Assembly (NCBI GenBank): GCA_030430565.1
Contig: JAUIKS010000008.1
Location: 239,225 to 303,224, forward strand
DNA: 64,000 bases
DNA from: Polyangia bacterium
GTDB taxonomy: Bacteria; Myxococcota_A; Polyangia; Nannocystales; Nannocystaceae
Direction of reading: 5' to 3'
A model generated the notes under the pieces. The model ran no database searches. It worked only from the letters and a program-made list of their open reading frames with translations, and was not told where the DNA came from. Positions 45,219 to 56,434 of this stretch are shown here, in pieces. A program made the position numbers and the translations under genes. Each line of letters begins with the position of its first letter. The first letter of the stretch is position 1.

Positions 45219-45406
45219 CGGCCCGCGGGCACAACCCGAGCGACAGCGAGCCGAGCGAGGCGCAGCCCGCGAAATACAACGTCTCGCGCCGGCCTCGCGC
45301 GGGCGGCAAAACCGAGTAGTCCACCCGAAATACTCGGATTATCCTCGAGGGAGGCCACGCGACCTGTTGACGCGCGGCCTGCCGTCGCCCCGAAAGGAAC
45401 GCCCCC

Positions 45407-46399
45407 ATGCTTCGCCTGCCCCGACGCGGCGCCACGCGCCCGCTCCCCTATCACATGTTCGATCGGGCGCGCTTCGGGCTCGAGGCTCGAAACGCGCGCC
45501 AGCTCGAGCGCATCTACCACCAGAGCCAAGAGCGCGCGTGGGACGGCGCCGCGGTCCTGAACGGGCTGGTCGAGGAGCACGGGCGCCCGCGGGTTGACCC
45601 GGAGAAGCGGCCCGCGCTCGCGCGGCTGTTCGCGGTGATCATGTGGGGCGAGCTGGCGGCGTGGAAGATCAGCGCCGCGCTCGCCGACGAGCTCGTGCCC
45701 TTCGAGGCCAAGATGGCGGCGACGAGCCAGGCCTACGACGAGGCGCGCCACTTCTTCGTGATGCACGACTACCTCGAGATGCTCGGGGCCATGCCCGACC
45801 ACCTCGACCGCCCGATCGAGCGCCTGCTGAGCGCCGTCATGAACGCGGACCACCTGGCGAAGAAGCTCATCGGCATGCAGCTGATGGTCGAGCCGGTCGC
45901 GCTCTCGGTCTTCCACGTCGTGCGCGAGCTCGACGTCGAGCCCGTGCTCACCGGGCTGCTCCCCTACTTCCAGCGCGACGAGGCGCGCCACGTCGCGCTC
46001 GGGCTCAAGTACCTGCCCGCGATGATCCGGCAGATGTCGACGCGCGAGCGCGTGGACCTCATGGGCTTTCAGCTGCGCCTGGTGACGATGGAGCTGTGGG
46101 GCAGCGTCGGCCTGATGCGCGACTACAAGGCGCTGGGGATCGATCCGCGCGTCGCGGTCGAGGTCGCGCGGGCCAAGCAGAAGCGGGCGCTGGACCTGCT
46201 GCTCACCGAGATGGGGCTCGTGTCCAAGATGCCGCTCGAGCTGCTCGACCGATATGGCTCTTCGCTCATGGAGGCGCTGCTGCCCGCCGACGACATCTCG
46301 CTGCGCGAGCGCCTGCGCCGATCCGCGCGCGCGGCCGCGTGGGGCAAGCAGCCGATCGACGAGTCGCTCGCCGACGAGATCAAGACCCCGGCCGCCTAG
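45407..46399 (+). CDS. Ferritin-like diiron-carboxylate protein (AurF/acyl-ACP-desaturase-like)
   Basis: Two E-x-x-H motifs, DEARHFFVMHDYL and DEARHVALGLKYL, plus additional Glu ligand candidates. 330 aa. Confidence 0.7.
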   Translation: MLRLPRRGATRPLPYHMFDRARFGLEARNARQLERIYHQSQERAWDGAAVLNGLVEEHGRPRVDPEKRPALARLFAVIMWGELAAWKISAALADELVPFEAKMAATSQAYDEARHFFVMHDYLEMLGAMPDHLDRPIERLLSAVMNADHLAKKLIGMQLMVEPVALSVFHVVRELDVEPVLTGLLPYFQRDEARHVALGLKYLPAMIRQMSTRERVDLMGFQLRLVTMELWGSVGLMRDYKALGIDPRVAVEVARAKQKRALDLLLTEMGLVSKMPLELLDRYGSSLMEALLPADDISLRERLRRSARAAAWGKQPIDESLADEIKTPAA

Positions 46400-46413
46400 C
46401 CCGCCCCTAGCCC

Positions 46414-47034
46414 ATGGCGCAGCCGCTCTACGCTCCTCAGCCGCGCAAGTGGCCCAAGCAGAGACGGTCGCGCGCGACCTTCGAAGCCCTGCTCGACGCC
46501 ACCTCCCGACTCTTGGAGGAGCGAGGCTACGACGCGCTGACGACGAACGCCGTCGCGGCGCGGGCCGGCGCCAGCATCGGCACGCTCTACGAGTACTTCC
46601 CCGACCGCGAGACCCTCGTCGCGGTCCTCGTCGAGCGCGAGGCCAGGCGGGTGCTCGCCGCGATCGAGGCCAGCATGGCGCCGCTGCACGCCCTCGAGCT
46701 CGACCGCGCCATGCGGATCTGGATCGAGGCGATGTTCTCCGAGCTCGAGTCACGAGAGGCGCTGGTCCGCGCGCTGCTCACGGGCGTGCCCTTCATCGGC
46801 CGGCTCCCGATCGCGCGGGAGCTCCCGGCCGCGCTCGTCGAGATCGCGGCCGCCGGCGCGCGGCACCGTCACGGTCAGCTCGCGCTCGACCCTCTGCCCT
46901 CGGCGTACTTCCTGCTGACCACCATGCTCCGCGGCGCCTTCCTGGCGATGCTGCTCGATCCCCCGGAGGAGCACGATCGCGCCGAGCTGCTGGATGACCT
47001 GACCACGCTCGTGCTGCGCATGCTCGCGACCTGA
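46414..47034 (+). CDS. TetR-family transcriptional regulator
   Basis: N-terminal helix-turn-helix ATFEALLDATSRLLEERGYDALTTNAVAARAGASIGTLYEYFPDRE. 206 aa. Confidence 0.8.
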   Translation: MAQPLYAPQPRKWPKQRRSRATFEALLDATSRLLEERGYDALTTNAVAARAGASIGTLYEYFPDRETLVAVLVEREARRVLAAIEASMAPLHALELDRAMRIWIEAMFSELESREALVRALLTGVPFIGRLPIARELPAALVEIAAAGARHRHGQLALDPLPSAYFLLTTMLRGAFLAMLLDPPEEHDRAELLDDLTTLVLRMLAT

Positions 47035-47075
47035 GCGCGCGAGCGACCGGCCGGTGCTGTAGGGTTCAAGCGCCC

Positions 47076-47964
<889 letters not shown>

Positions 47965-47981
<17 letters not shown>

Positions 47982-49158
47982 GCGCCGCGCCGGCGCCCGG
48001 GATGTGCTCGCCGCGCGTGACCGACTGCTCGCGCTCACCGAACATCGCCCGCACCATCGCCACCTGCTCGCGCCGGCCGAGGCGCTCGAGCCGTCGCCGT
48101 CGCCACGGCGCCGCGAGCGAGCGCAGGTGCAGCGCCGCGCGCGGGCCCGCGGTCAGCAGCGGGTACCAGGGGACGACGTTGTCGGGGAGGCCGAGCGAGC
48201 GCATCTGCTTGCGGGTCAAGAACAGCCGCGAGTTGCTGAGGTGCTGGTGGTAGAGCAGCCGGCGGAGCAGCTCGTGCAGCCGGGGGTAGCGCTCCCCCCA
48301 GGGGAACCGGCGCTCGAGCGGCTCCTCAGACAGGGCGCGCCCCAGCGCCCGCGTCGTCCAGTCCGGGCGGCTCTGCGTCATCATCGTCTGGTACAGCAGC
48401 ACGAGCCCGGCGCGCTCGTCGTCGACGAGCCAGCGCGGCTCGACGCCCATGAGCCAGGCCGCGTACTTCCACACGTGCATCACGCCCCGCGAGTCCCGCG
48501 GCAGCACCGGGATCCCCAGCGCGCGCAGGCCCGCCAGCATCACCGGGCCGAACGCGAGGTAGGTCGCGAGCATGTCGGTCTGATTCACCGGCACGCCCCA
48601 CTCGAGGTTGTCCCACTCGGGGTTTCGCGGGACCGCTCGGCGCACCATCGCGTGGACGAGGCGCACGCGCAGGCACGACTTGAACCCGGGCCCAAACCGC
48701 CGCAGCCCCTCGGGCTCGGTGCAGTCCACCCACCACTTGCTGGTCTCGGCGAGGCGCCGCCCCGCGCCCTTCTCGAGCGCGCCGGTCAGGACGAGCGTGT
48801 GGTTGAAGCCCGTCAGCAGGTAGCCGCCCATCAACGCGAAGTCGCGCAGCACGAGGCCCGCGTTGACGCCCGCGCGGTGCATGAAGCGCACGCCGTCGCG
48901 AACCCGTCGCCAGTCGAGCCAGCTCGGCTCGTGGTCCACGACGGCGAACAGCGCGCGCAGCTCCGGCGAGGGCCGCTCGACCGTCGCCAGGCCGCGCTCC
49001 AGCGCCTGCTCAAACTCCTGACGGCCGCGCGCGCGCCCGCGCTGCTCGATGCCCTCGAGCAGCGCGTCCATCAGCGGGTCGCCATCCCACAGCGCGTCCA
49101 CGAGCGCGTCGTACTCGGCGCGCGTCGGCGTCGGATCGCGCCCCATCAGCACCCGCAT
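47965..49158 (-). CDS. Hypothetical protein, possibly DUF2236/MpaB-type (ER-bound-oxygenase-like)
   Basis: ORF 47965..49266- is protein-like from MRVLMGRDPTPTRAEYDALVDALWDGDPLMDALLEG onward (W/Y/H-rich, non-repetitive). The family assignment is from memory only. Overlaps the hydrolase 3' end by 17 bp (convergent). Confidence 0.55.
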
Positions 49159-49541
49159 GAACGCGCGCGGGCGCAGCTTCGACTCGAGCGGACGTACGCG
49201 CCGCGGACGAGGCCTGGGCTCGAGGCGTGGCGCCCTGCGGGCTTCGTTGGGCATGTCGAGTCTCATGGCGTCAATTCAGCGCGTCGGTATCAAGGGACAG
49301 GTTCGTAAGCACGCGACGCGCGTCGACGCTCGTCGTCCGCTCGAGCATAAGTCGAGTGATTGAGCCGATCTACTCGGGTTCACCCCGCGTGGGTACCGAG
49401 GCCTGCGCGCCCGCCCGAGCGCGCTCCACCCCGCCCAGCAGCGCGAGCGCTCGGATCTCCGCCAAACGCACACCACACGACCAAACGCCGTCCACGACGC
49501 GACGTCGCGACCGAGTCACGCGAAATCACCACCGACGTATC

Positions 49542-49553
49542 ATGTCGCGACAT
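49542..49553. promoter_or_regulatory. Perfect 12-bp palindrome ATGTCGCGACAT (candidate operator) about 100 bp upstream of the MBL hydrolase gene
   Basis: Seen directly. A second GTCGCGAC palindromic core sits at 49504-49511. Confidence 0.3.
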
Positions 49554-49652
49554 ATTGCAACATCCCCGAGCGCGCCGTCCCCAACAGCCCTACGCCGGCG
49601 CGCACAGCCCTGGCCCGCATCTTGCTCTGGTATCCGAGCAGGAGAGCGGCCC

Positions 49653-50522
49653 ATGGAGACCACCACTACCAAGGCGTTTTTTGATGCTGACACCTTCACG
49701 CTGACCTACGTCGTGTTCGACCCCGCGTCGCGCGACGCGGTGGTCCTCGATCCAGTGATGGACCTCGACACCTCGAGCTGGCGGACCTCATCGCGCTCCG
49801 TCGACGAGGTCGCGCGCTTCGTCGCCGAGCGCTCGCTCAAGGTCCGCTGGGTGCTCGACACCCACGCCCACGCCGACCACCTCAGCGGCATGGACCTGCT
49901 AAAGCAGAAGTTCGGCGCGCCCACGGCGATCGGCGCGCGCATCACCCAGGTCCAGGACCTGTTCCGCACCCTGTACAACATGTCCGAGCTGCCGGCGGAC
50001 GGCTCGCAGTGGGATGAGCTCCTGGTGGACGGGCAGCAGCTCGACGCCGGCAGCTTCACGGTCGAGGCCATCGCCACGCCGGGTCACACCCCCGCGTGCG
50101 TGACCTACAAGATCGGCGACTCGATCTACACCGGCGACGCGCTGTTCATGCCGGACTACGGCACGGGGCGCTGCGACTTCCCGGCGGGGAGCGCCGAGGA
50201 CCTGTACCGCTCGGTCCACGATCGGCTGTACAAGCTGCCCGACGCGACCCGCGTGTTCGTCGGTCACGACTATCAGCCAGACGGCCGCGCGCTCGCCTTC
50301 GAGACGACGATCGGCGCGTCAAAGCAGGGCAACAAGCAGCTGCGCGCGGACACCTCCATGGAGGACTTTGTCCGCTTCCGGACCGAGCGCGACGCCACCC
50401 TGCGAGCGCCGCGGCTCATCCTGCCGAGCCTCCAGGTCAACATCGCCGCCGGCCGCCTGCCCGAGCCCGAGCCCAACGGTAAGCGCTACCTGAAGCTGCC
50501 GCTGAACCATCTCGGCGGGTAG
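49653..50522 (+). CDS. MBL-fold metallo-hydrolase (glyoxalase-II/ETHE1-like)
   Basis: ATG at 49653 is preceded by AGGAGA (49640-45). [12 protein letters not shown] (H-x-H-x-D-H), ATPGHTP and VGHDY metal-ligand motifs. The upstream 142 codons of ORF 49227.. are junk. Confidence 0.8.
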   Translation: METTTTKAFFDADTFTLTYVVFDPASRDAVVLDPVMDLDTSSWRTSSRSVDEVARFVAERSLKVRWVLDTHAHADHLSGMDLLKQKFGAPTAIGARITQVQDLFRTLYNMSELPADGSQWDELLVDGQQLDAGSFTVEAIATPGHTPACVTYKIGDSIYTGDALFMPDYGTGRCDFPAGSAEDLYRSVHDRLYKLPDATRVFVGHDYQPDGRALAFETTIGASKQGNKQLRADTSMEDFVRFRTERDATLRAPRLILPSLQVNIAAGRLPEPEPNGKRYLKLPLNHLGG

Positions 50523-50538
50523 CGCCCGCGCTCGCGCA

Positions 50539-51219
50539 CTACCTGTCCAAATCGACATCTTGATCGACGCGCTCGTCGTCCCCGGCGGGCGCTTCGTCGT
50601 CGAGTTCTTCTTCGTCGAGCGCTTCCTCGAGCGCTTCCTCGAGCGCTTCCTCGAGTTCTTCCTCGTCGAGCTCGTCATCGCCCTCGAGCGCGTCGTCGTA
50701 GCTCGCCCACGCGCCGTCGCTGTCGGATCCGCCGATCTCCTCGGTCTGGGCCGTGCAGGCCTCGGCCCCCACCTCGCAGGCCACCTGCGCGCCGACCAGG
50801 ACCACGCAGGCCACGGCCTCGGCGACCTCCTCGTCGTCGGCGTCGCAGCCCTCGTCCTGGTTGCCGCTCAACTCGAACACGCAGCGATCAAAGATCTCCT
50901 CGCACACGAGCAGGCACTCCTCGAGCTCCGCGGTCGTCGTCTTGGTCTCGATACAGAACGCGCGGCAGTCCTGGGACTCCGCCGCGCAGGGCGTGAGCTC
51001 GTTGCCCTCGAGCTCCCCGGCCACCGCGGTCTGCGTGACGGCGGCGGGCACCAGGACCAGCACCGCGCGCGCGCCGACCGAGGCGCACTGCGGGCCGACG
51101 AGCAGGCACAGCGGCCAGAAGTAGATCGAGCGCGTGATCCCGAACGCGCGGCGAGGCGCGCGGTCGCGAGCGCGAGCCCGATCGCGCGATGACGCGAACA
51201 CGGAGCGACGAAGCATCAT
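50539..51219 (-). CDS. Secreted acidic Cys-rich protein with EEALEEALEEAL C-terminal tail
   Basis: Signal-like FWPLCLLVGPQCASVGARAVLVLVPAAV. 13 Cys. Very acidic C-terminus. The (ttcctcgagcgc)3 repeat on the plus strand at about 50615-50660 encodes EEALEE. Confidence 0.5.
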   Translation of the reverse strand: MMLRRSVFASSRDRARARDRAPRRAFGITRSIYFWPLCLLVGPQCASVGARAVLVLVPAAVTQTAVAGELEGNELTPCAAESQDCRAFCIETKTTTAELEECLLVCEEIFDRCVFELSGNQDEGCDADDEEVAEAVACVVLVGAQVACEVGAEACTAQTEEIGGSDSDGAWASYDDALEGDDELDEEELEEALEEALEEALDEEELDDEAPAGDDERVDQDVDLDR

Positions 51220-51428
51220 GACCCTCCAGACCTACGGCCCAGACGCGCGCCCCCCGAGGATCCTCCAACGGGATCGACGCGCTGGTGACAACCAGCCTAA
51301 CGCGCCCGCGCGAGCGCGGGTTCCCTGGAGCCGCGCGCGCGTGACCGGCAGCACAGCGCGCGCGCGCGCGCCCGTCGACGTCGCCGGTCGGGCGCTCGCG
51401 GGGCGCTGGGAATCCGCAGCTCGAGTCG

Positions 51429-52679
51429 GTGAGCTCTGGCAAGCTCGATCAGACCATGCCGGGGCCCTGGGCACTGCTCGTGATCGCGGCCGGGCTCGTC
51501 CAGGCGAGCGCGGAGCGGCGCGGCGCGCCCGAGGCGAGCGTGCAGGTCACGGCGGCGCAGGTGCCTGAGCCGGCGCTAGAGCTCTCGGAGCTGCGCGCGG
51601 TCGTCGAGCGGGCGATCGGCGCGAAGACCTTCCCGGGCTGCTTCATCGAGGTCGGCAGCTCGCGGCGCGTGCTCTGGCGCGAGGGCTTCGGGGCGCTCGA
51701 CAGCACGCGCCCGCAGCGGCCCACGGCCCGCAGCGTCTACGATCTCGCGTCGGTGACCAAGGTCGTCAGCACCAGCCTCGTGGTCATGGCGCTCGTCGAC
51801 GCGGGCGCGCTGCGCCTCGACGCGCCGGTCACCGACTACATCCCCGAATTCGCCGAGGCCGGTCGCGACCGCGAGCGTCGACGGTGGCGCCGACGCGTGA
51901 CCGTCGAGCAGCTCTTGACCCACAGCGCCGGCCTCGCGGACTGGCTCCCGCTGTACGACGAAGCGCGTGACTACGCCGGCGTGGTCCAGGGCGCCGTGCG
52001 GGCGCCGCTCGAGCGCCGACCCGGCGCGCGCACCCTGTACAGCGACCTCGACTTCATCCTGCTCGGCGAGCTGGTCGCCCGCGCCACCGGGCGCGCGCTC
52101 GTCGAGCTCGAGCGCGAGCACGTGTTCGCGCCGCTCGGCCTCGTCGAGACCCGGCGCGGACCGCTGCCCGCCGACATGCTCGCGCGCGCTGCGGCGACCT
52201 CGGAGCGCCCCGAGGGTGACTTCTGGCGCGGGATCGTCGAGGACCGCAACGCCCGGACCGCCGGCGGCGTGACCGGGCACGCGGGGCTGTTCTCGACCAG
52301 CGAGGAGCTCGGCGCCCTCGCGCGCGCGCTCCTGCGTGCCCACGCCGGCGACGACTCGGTGTTCGCGAGCGAGCGCCTGCGCGAGTTCACGACCCGTCGC
52401 CGCCTGGTCCCGGGCTCGAGCTTCGCGCTCGGCTGGGACACGCCGACGCGCGGCCTCAGCACCGCCGGAGACCACATCTCGCGGGCGGCCTTCGGGCACA
52501 CCGGCTGGACGGGGACCTCGCTGTGGATCGATCCGAAGCGCGACGCGTACGTGGTGCTGCTCAGCAACCGCGTACACCCCCGGCACACGCGCGCCGGACG
52601 GCGGGCCATGTACCAGCTGCGCAGGGCGGTGCACGACGCGGTGTTCACGGCGCTCGACGACCGGGCGCCGTCTCCCTAG
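51429..52679 (+). CDS. Serine hydrolase of the beta-lactamase/DD-peptidase (class C-like esterase) family
   Basis: Signal MPGPWALLVIAAGLVQASA. SVTK (S-x-x-K), YSD (Y-x-N-like) and HTGWTG (KTG-like) motifs. Confidence 0.8.
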   Translation: MSSGKLDQTMPGPWALLVIAAGLVQASAERRGAPEASVQVTAAQVPEPALELSELRAVVERAIGAKTFPGCFIEVGSSRRVLWREGFGALDSTRPQRPTARSVYDLASVTKVVSTSLVVMALVDAGALRLDAPVTDYIPEFAEAGRDRERRRWRRRVTVEQLLTHSAGLADWLPLYDEARDYAGVVQGAVRAPLERRPGARTLYSDLDFILLGELVARATGRALVELEREHVFAPLGLVETRRGPLPADMLARAAATSERPEGDFWRGIVEDRNARTAGGVTGHAGLFSTSEELGALARALLRAHAGDDSVFASERLREFTTRRRLVPGSSFALGWDTPTRGLSTAGDHISRAAFGHTGWTGTSLWIDPKRDAYVVLLSNRVHPRHTRAGRRAMYQLRRAVHDAVFTALDDRAPSP

Positions 52680-52762
52680 CACTTACATGTCCCGAAAGAC
52701 ATAACAACCATCGCGCGCGCGGCCGGGCGCTCGCGCGGGCCTCGACGCGTGTACCATGGGCT

Positions 52763-53935
52763 ATGGCCCGCCGCTCCGACGCCCGCCGAAGGCTGTCACT
52801 CCTCATGCCCGCGGCCGCGACCGTCTGCCTCGCGACCGCCTGCATGATGCCGAACCCGGCGTTTAAGCTCGCGCAGGAGACCGACTCGGGCGGGGGCTCA
52901 AACTCGGAGACCGCGGGGACGAGTAACAGCTCGAGCGGCGCCTCGAGCGACAGCCCGACGACGCCCACGACCACGAACGAGGACACGACGGACGGCAGCG
53001 GCGGGATGACGAGCTCGCCGACGACGGGCGCGACGCTCACGACGACCGACGCGCCCACGACCGACCCGGTGACGGTGACGGAGTCGAGCGTGAGCGACAC
53101 GCTCACGGACACGGAGACCGGCGCGGAGACGACCGGCGCGCCGCTCGATCCCCCGACCTGCGACGCCTTCAGCGAGCTCCCCGAGGTCGCGCCGCTGGCG
53201 ATGAAGTTCACGATCGACGACGTGCCCGTGAACAGCTGCCTCGACTCCGTGGAGTACACGGGCTGGCAGTACCCGATCGTCGATCCCGACCCGGCGTACA
53301 CGGGCTTCGGCTTCCACGAGCTGGGCTGCACCGAGGGCGTCATGAACCTGGGCCCGACCCACAAGCTCACCGGCCGCTTCCCCGCCGGGCTCGAGCCGGA
53401 GTGGTCCAACAACATGCAGGACTTCAACGCGGTCGAGTGCGTGACCGTCTCGATCGAGTGGGGCCCCGTGCTCGAGGAGGACTGCGAGATTCGCTCGGTC
53501 ACCGTCTGGCGCCACCGCAACCCGGAGATCGTGTTCGAGCTCGAGCCGACGCCGCTGTGGGCCGCCGTGAGCAACTTCCCCGAGCTCGACGATCCGCACC
53601 ACCTCGAGCCGATCGCGCCGATCGAGTGGGGACCCTACGGCGAGTGCCTGTGCGTGCCCGAGGAGCAGGAGTGCTGCGTCGAGCCCAACGGCGACAGCCA
53701 GCTGCAGGCCGGGACCTACAAGGCCTACGTCAACCCTGAGTGGGAGGCCCCGGACATGGCGCTGCTCGAGGGGGAGGACGGCTACGGCCTCTCGACCTTC
53801 GGCAACCTCTGCAGCAGCTATCAGCTGCGCGTCCATCGAGCGCGCGTCGAGCCGCTGTGTGACGGGCACCGCGACAGCCTCGAGTGGGTCGCGCAGCGCA
53901 GCTTCATCGGCGCCAACGGCTTCGCGTGCAACTGA
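52763..53935 (+). CDS. Lipoprotein, Thr/Ser-rich linker + Cys-rich globular domain (hypothetical)
   Basis: ATG at about 52763 gives MARRSDARRRLSLLMPAAATVCLATACMMP (lipobox TAC). Thr/Ser/Gly-rich linker. C-terminal domain with 12+ Cys. Confidence 0.65.
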   Translation: MARRSDARRRLSLLMPAAATVCLATACMMPNPAFKLAQETDSGGGSNSETAGTSNSSSGASSDSPTTPTTTNEDTTDGSGGMTSSPTTGATLTTTDAPTTDPVTVTESSVSDTLTDTETGAETTGAPLDPPTCDAFSELPEVAPLAMKFTIDDVPVNSCLDSVEYTGWQYPIVDPDPAYTGFGFHELGCTEGVMNLGPTHKLTGRFPAGLEPEWSNNMQDFNAVECVTVSIEWGPVLEEDCEIRSVTVWRHRNPEIVFELEPTPLWAAVSNFPELDDPHHLEPIAPIEWGPYGECLCVPEEQECCVEPNGDSQLQAGTYKAYVNPEWEAPDMALLEGEDGYGLSTFGNLCSSYQLRVHRARVEPLCDGHRDSLEWVAQRSFIGANGFACN

Positions 53936-53982
53936 GCCCGTCCGAATAGCGTCGCGCCGGGGCCTGTGGTATCGCGGCGAAG

Positions 53983-54996
53983 GTGTCGATGAAGCTCGTG
54001 ATCGCCGGGGATGTTGGGGGCACGAGCACACGCCTGCTCGCGACGCGCGTCCACGCCGACGGCTCGACCCACGATGCGCACAGCCAGGTCTTCGCTAGCG
54101 GCGGCTACGCGAGCCTCGAGCTGATCTGCCAGCTGTTCCTCGCGCAGCTGCGACGCCGCGACGAGGACGCCCCCGTCGCCGCCGCGGCGTTCGGGGTCGC
54201 CGGACCCGTCGTCGACGGCCGCAGCCGCCTCACCAACCTGAGCTGGACCATCGATCCCGAGGGCCTCCGCGCGGCGCTCGGCTGCCCGCGCGCGCGCGTG
54301 CTCAACGACTTTCACTGCGTCGCCCTCGCGGCGCCGACGCTGCCCGCCGACTCGCTCGCGGTCCTACAGCGCGGCGCGGACCCGCAGCGCGCGGAGCACT
54401 ACGCGGTCATCGGCGCGGGCACCGGCCTCGGGCAGGCGATCGGCGTGCCCGTCGACGCCGCGTCCCGCGTGCTCGCTACCGAGGGCGGCCACGCCGACTT
54501 CGCGCCCGCGGGCGAGCTCGAGGACGAGCTGCTCCGCTTCATGCGCGGCCGCCACGGCCACGTGTCCTGGGAGCGCCTGGTCTCGGGGCCAGGTATCGTC
54601 GCGCTCCACGACTTCGTCGTCGCCCGCGAGCTCGCGCCCTCCTCGAGCGAGACCGCCGACGCGCTCGCGCGCGCCGAGGACCCCGCCGCGGAGATCAGCG
54701 CGCGCGCGCTCGCGGAGCCCGCCGACCCCGCCTGCGCCCGCGCGCTCGAGCTGTTCCTCGGGCTCTACGGCGCGGAGGCCGGGAACCTCGCGCTCAAGTG
54801 CCTCCCCGGGCGGCTGTACATCGCCGGCGGGATCGCGCCCAAGCTGCTGCCGCGCCTGCGCGCGGGGGAGTTCATGCGCCGCTTCCTGGCGAAGGGCCGC
54901 ATGCGATCAGTCCTCGAGGACATCTTCGTCGCGGTCGTGCTCGATCCGCGCGTCGGCCTGCTCGGCGCGCGCGCGGCCGCGCTCGCGCTCACCTGA
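53983..54996 (+). CDS. glk: Glucokinase
   Basis: LVIAGDVGGTSTRL (ATP-binding GDVGGT), LNDFHCVALA, VIGAGTGLGQA and EGGHADFAP are Glk-family (non-ROK) motifs. Confidence 0.85.
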   Translation: MSMKLVIAGDVGGTSTRLLATRVHADGSTHDAHSQVFASGGYASLELICQLFLAQLRRRDEDAPVAAAAFGVAGPVVDGRSRLTNLSWTIDPEGLRAALGCPRARVLNDFHCVALAAPTLPADSLAVLQRGADPQRAEHYAVIGAGTGLGQAIGVPVDAASRVLATEGGHADFAPAGELEDELLRFMRGRHGHVSWERLVSGPGIVALHDFVVARELAPSSSETADALARAEDPAAEISARALAEPADPACARALELFLGLYGAEAGNLALKCLPGRLYIAGGIAPKLLPRLRAGEFMRRFLAKGRMRSVLEDIFVAVVLDPRVGLLGARAAALALT

Positions 54997-55750
54997 CGAC
55001 GCAGCGCGCGAGCCGTCGCGGCCCGAGCGCGCGCGCGCGCGGACCTCGATGCAGCATCGAGCGGTTGTCCCAGATGATCAGGTCCCCCGCCCGCCAGCGA
55101 TGCCGCGACACGTAGCGCGGCCGCGTGACGTGGGCGTAGAGCTGCTCGAGCAGCGTCCGCGAGCACGCGCGCGCGCGCAGCTCGAGCAGATACTGCTCGT
55201 GGAGGTGAAGGGTCGACTCCCCGGTGATCGGGTGACGCTTCATGATCGGGTGAAGCGCGTCAGGGACGCGACGCTGCGCGTCCGTCAGCGTCATGCCCCG
55301 GCGCCGGAGCTTGGAGGCGAACACGCGGGAGAAGCTGAACAGGCCGGTGGCGCCCTCCAGCCGCGCGCGCAGCCGCGGCGGGAGCTCGCGGCACGGCGCG
55401 CGCGTGTCGATGAACTCGGTCTCGCCGCCGCGCGAGGGCGCCTCACGACACAGCAGCACAGTGAACCGCGGCGGGCGCTCGAGAAACGCGTAGTCGGTGT
55501 GCCAGCAGACGCCGAGGTCGCGCGTCGACTCGGTGATGTAGGTCAGCTCCGGCGTCACGGGCGAGCGGTTCTGCGGGCTCGGCAGCAGCAGCGCGCCGAG
55601 CGATTGACCGAGCCGAACGAGGCCCGCGTCGTCGAGCGTGGCCCCCGCGACACGAACGCGCCCCCGCGCCGCGATCACGCGCTCAAACGCGTCGGCCTGA
55701 ATCAACGCGGTCAGCTCGGCGAGGCGCAGCGCGTCGCCCCTCTCAGCCAT
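54989..55750 (-). CDS. TauD/TfdA-family alpha-ketoglutarate-dependent dioxygenase
   Basis: WHTDYAFLERPPRFTVL (H-x-D facial triad) ...GGETEFID ...LHEQYL. Confidence 0.75.
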   Translation of the reverse strand: MAERGDALRLAELTALIQADAFERVIAARGRVRVAGATLDDAGLVRLGQSLGALLLPSPQNRSPVTPELTYITESTRDLGVCWHTDYAFLERPPRFTVLLCREAPSRGGETEFIDTRAPCRELPPRLRARLEGATGLFSFSRVFASKLRRRGMTLTDAQRRVPDALHPIMKRHPITGESTLHLHEQYLLELRARACSRTLLEQLYAHVTRPRYVSRHRWRAGDLIIWDNRSMLHRGPRARALGPRRLARCVVR

Positions 55751-56282
55751 CGGCGCGCGCCTCCTCGTGGACGCGCGCGCTGAGCAGGCAACGGGCGTGC
55801 CCAGCCGCCGTGGCGCCGGTCCCCACGACCTCGAAGCCCAGCCCCTGCAGCATCCGCAGCGAGTACGCGTTCGCCGGGTGACAGGTCGTGATCACGCGCA
55901 GGATCCCGCGCGCGCGGAGGGTCGCGAGCGCTACCTCGCACAGCGTCGAGCCGAGCCGCTGGCGCCTCGCTCGCGGCGCGACGACGACCCCGGCGAAGCG
56001 CGCGACGAAGCGAAGGTCACCGAGCTCGGGGAAGCCTCGATAGGCGCGATTGTCGAGCAGATCGTCCGCGCTGCGCGGAAGCTGGACCAGCCGGTAGCCG
56101 ACGAGCTCACCGGCGCTCGTCGCCCCGACCGCGAAGCCGGTCGCGCGCGCGAGGACGCCGGACAGCACGCCTGGATCGAGCCGGCTCACGAAGCCGTCGC
56201 CGCGCGCGACGACCCGGTGGTTCAACGCCGCCACCGAATCGTAGTCATCAACGCCGAGAAACTTGATCTGGACGGTCGCCAC
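55743..56282 (-). CDS. GNAT-family N-acetyltransferase
   Basis: VVAPRARRQRLGSTLCEVALATLRARGI matches the acetyl-CoA-binding motif A (Q/R-x-x-G-x-G/A). The 8-bp overlap with the TauD-like gene start indicates translational coupling. Confidence 0.65.
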   Translation of the reverse strand: MATVQIKFLGVDDYDSVAALNHRVVARGDGFVSRLDPGVLSGVLARATGFAVGATSAGELVGYRLVQLPRSADDLLDNRAYRGFPELGDLRFVARFAGVVVAPRARRQRLGSTLCEVALATLRARGILRVITTCHPANAYSLRMLQGLGFEVVGTGATAAGHARCLLSARVHEEARADG

Positions 56283-56434
56283 CGCAGTCAGCGAGCGCGT
56301 CGCCCAGCGAGCGCCTGTGCAAGAGTATGAAGCCTCCCGCGACGCCGCGTCGTCGACTCGGGTCGCGCGTCATCGCGCCGCGCGCCCATGAACGAGCTAC
56401 GGCGCGCCAGCGCGCGCGCCGGAGCGCCCCGCGT

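Noticed and set aside
45104-46753. 549-aa minus ORF (also 46875..48038- and 48004..49308+)
   Set aside because: Shadow ORFs of the diiron, TetR, hydrolase and DUF2236-like genes. R/A-rich.
51576-52682. 368-aa minus ORF (also 52645..53574- and 52898..54031-)
   Set aside because: Antisense to the serine hydrolase and the Cys-rich lipoprotein.
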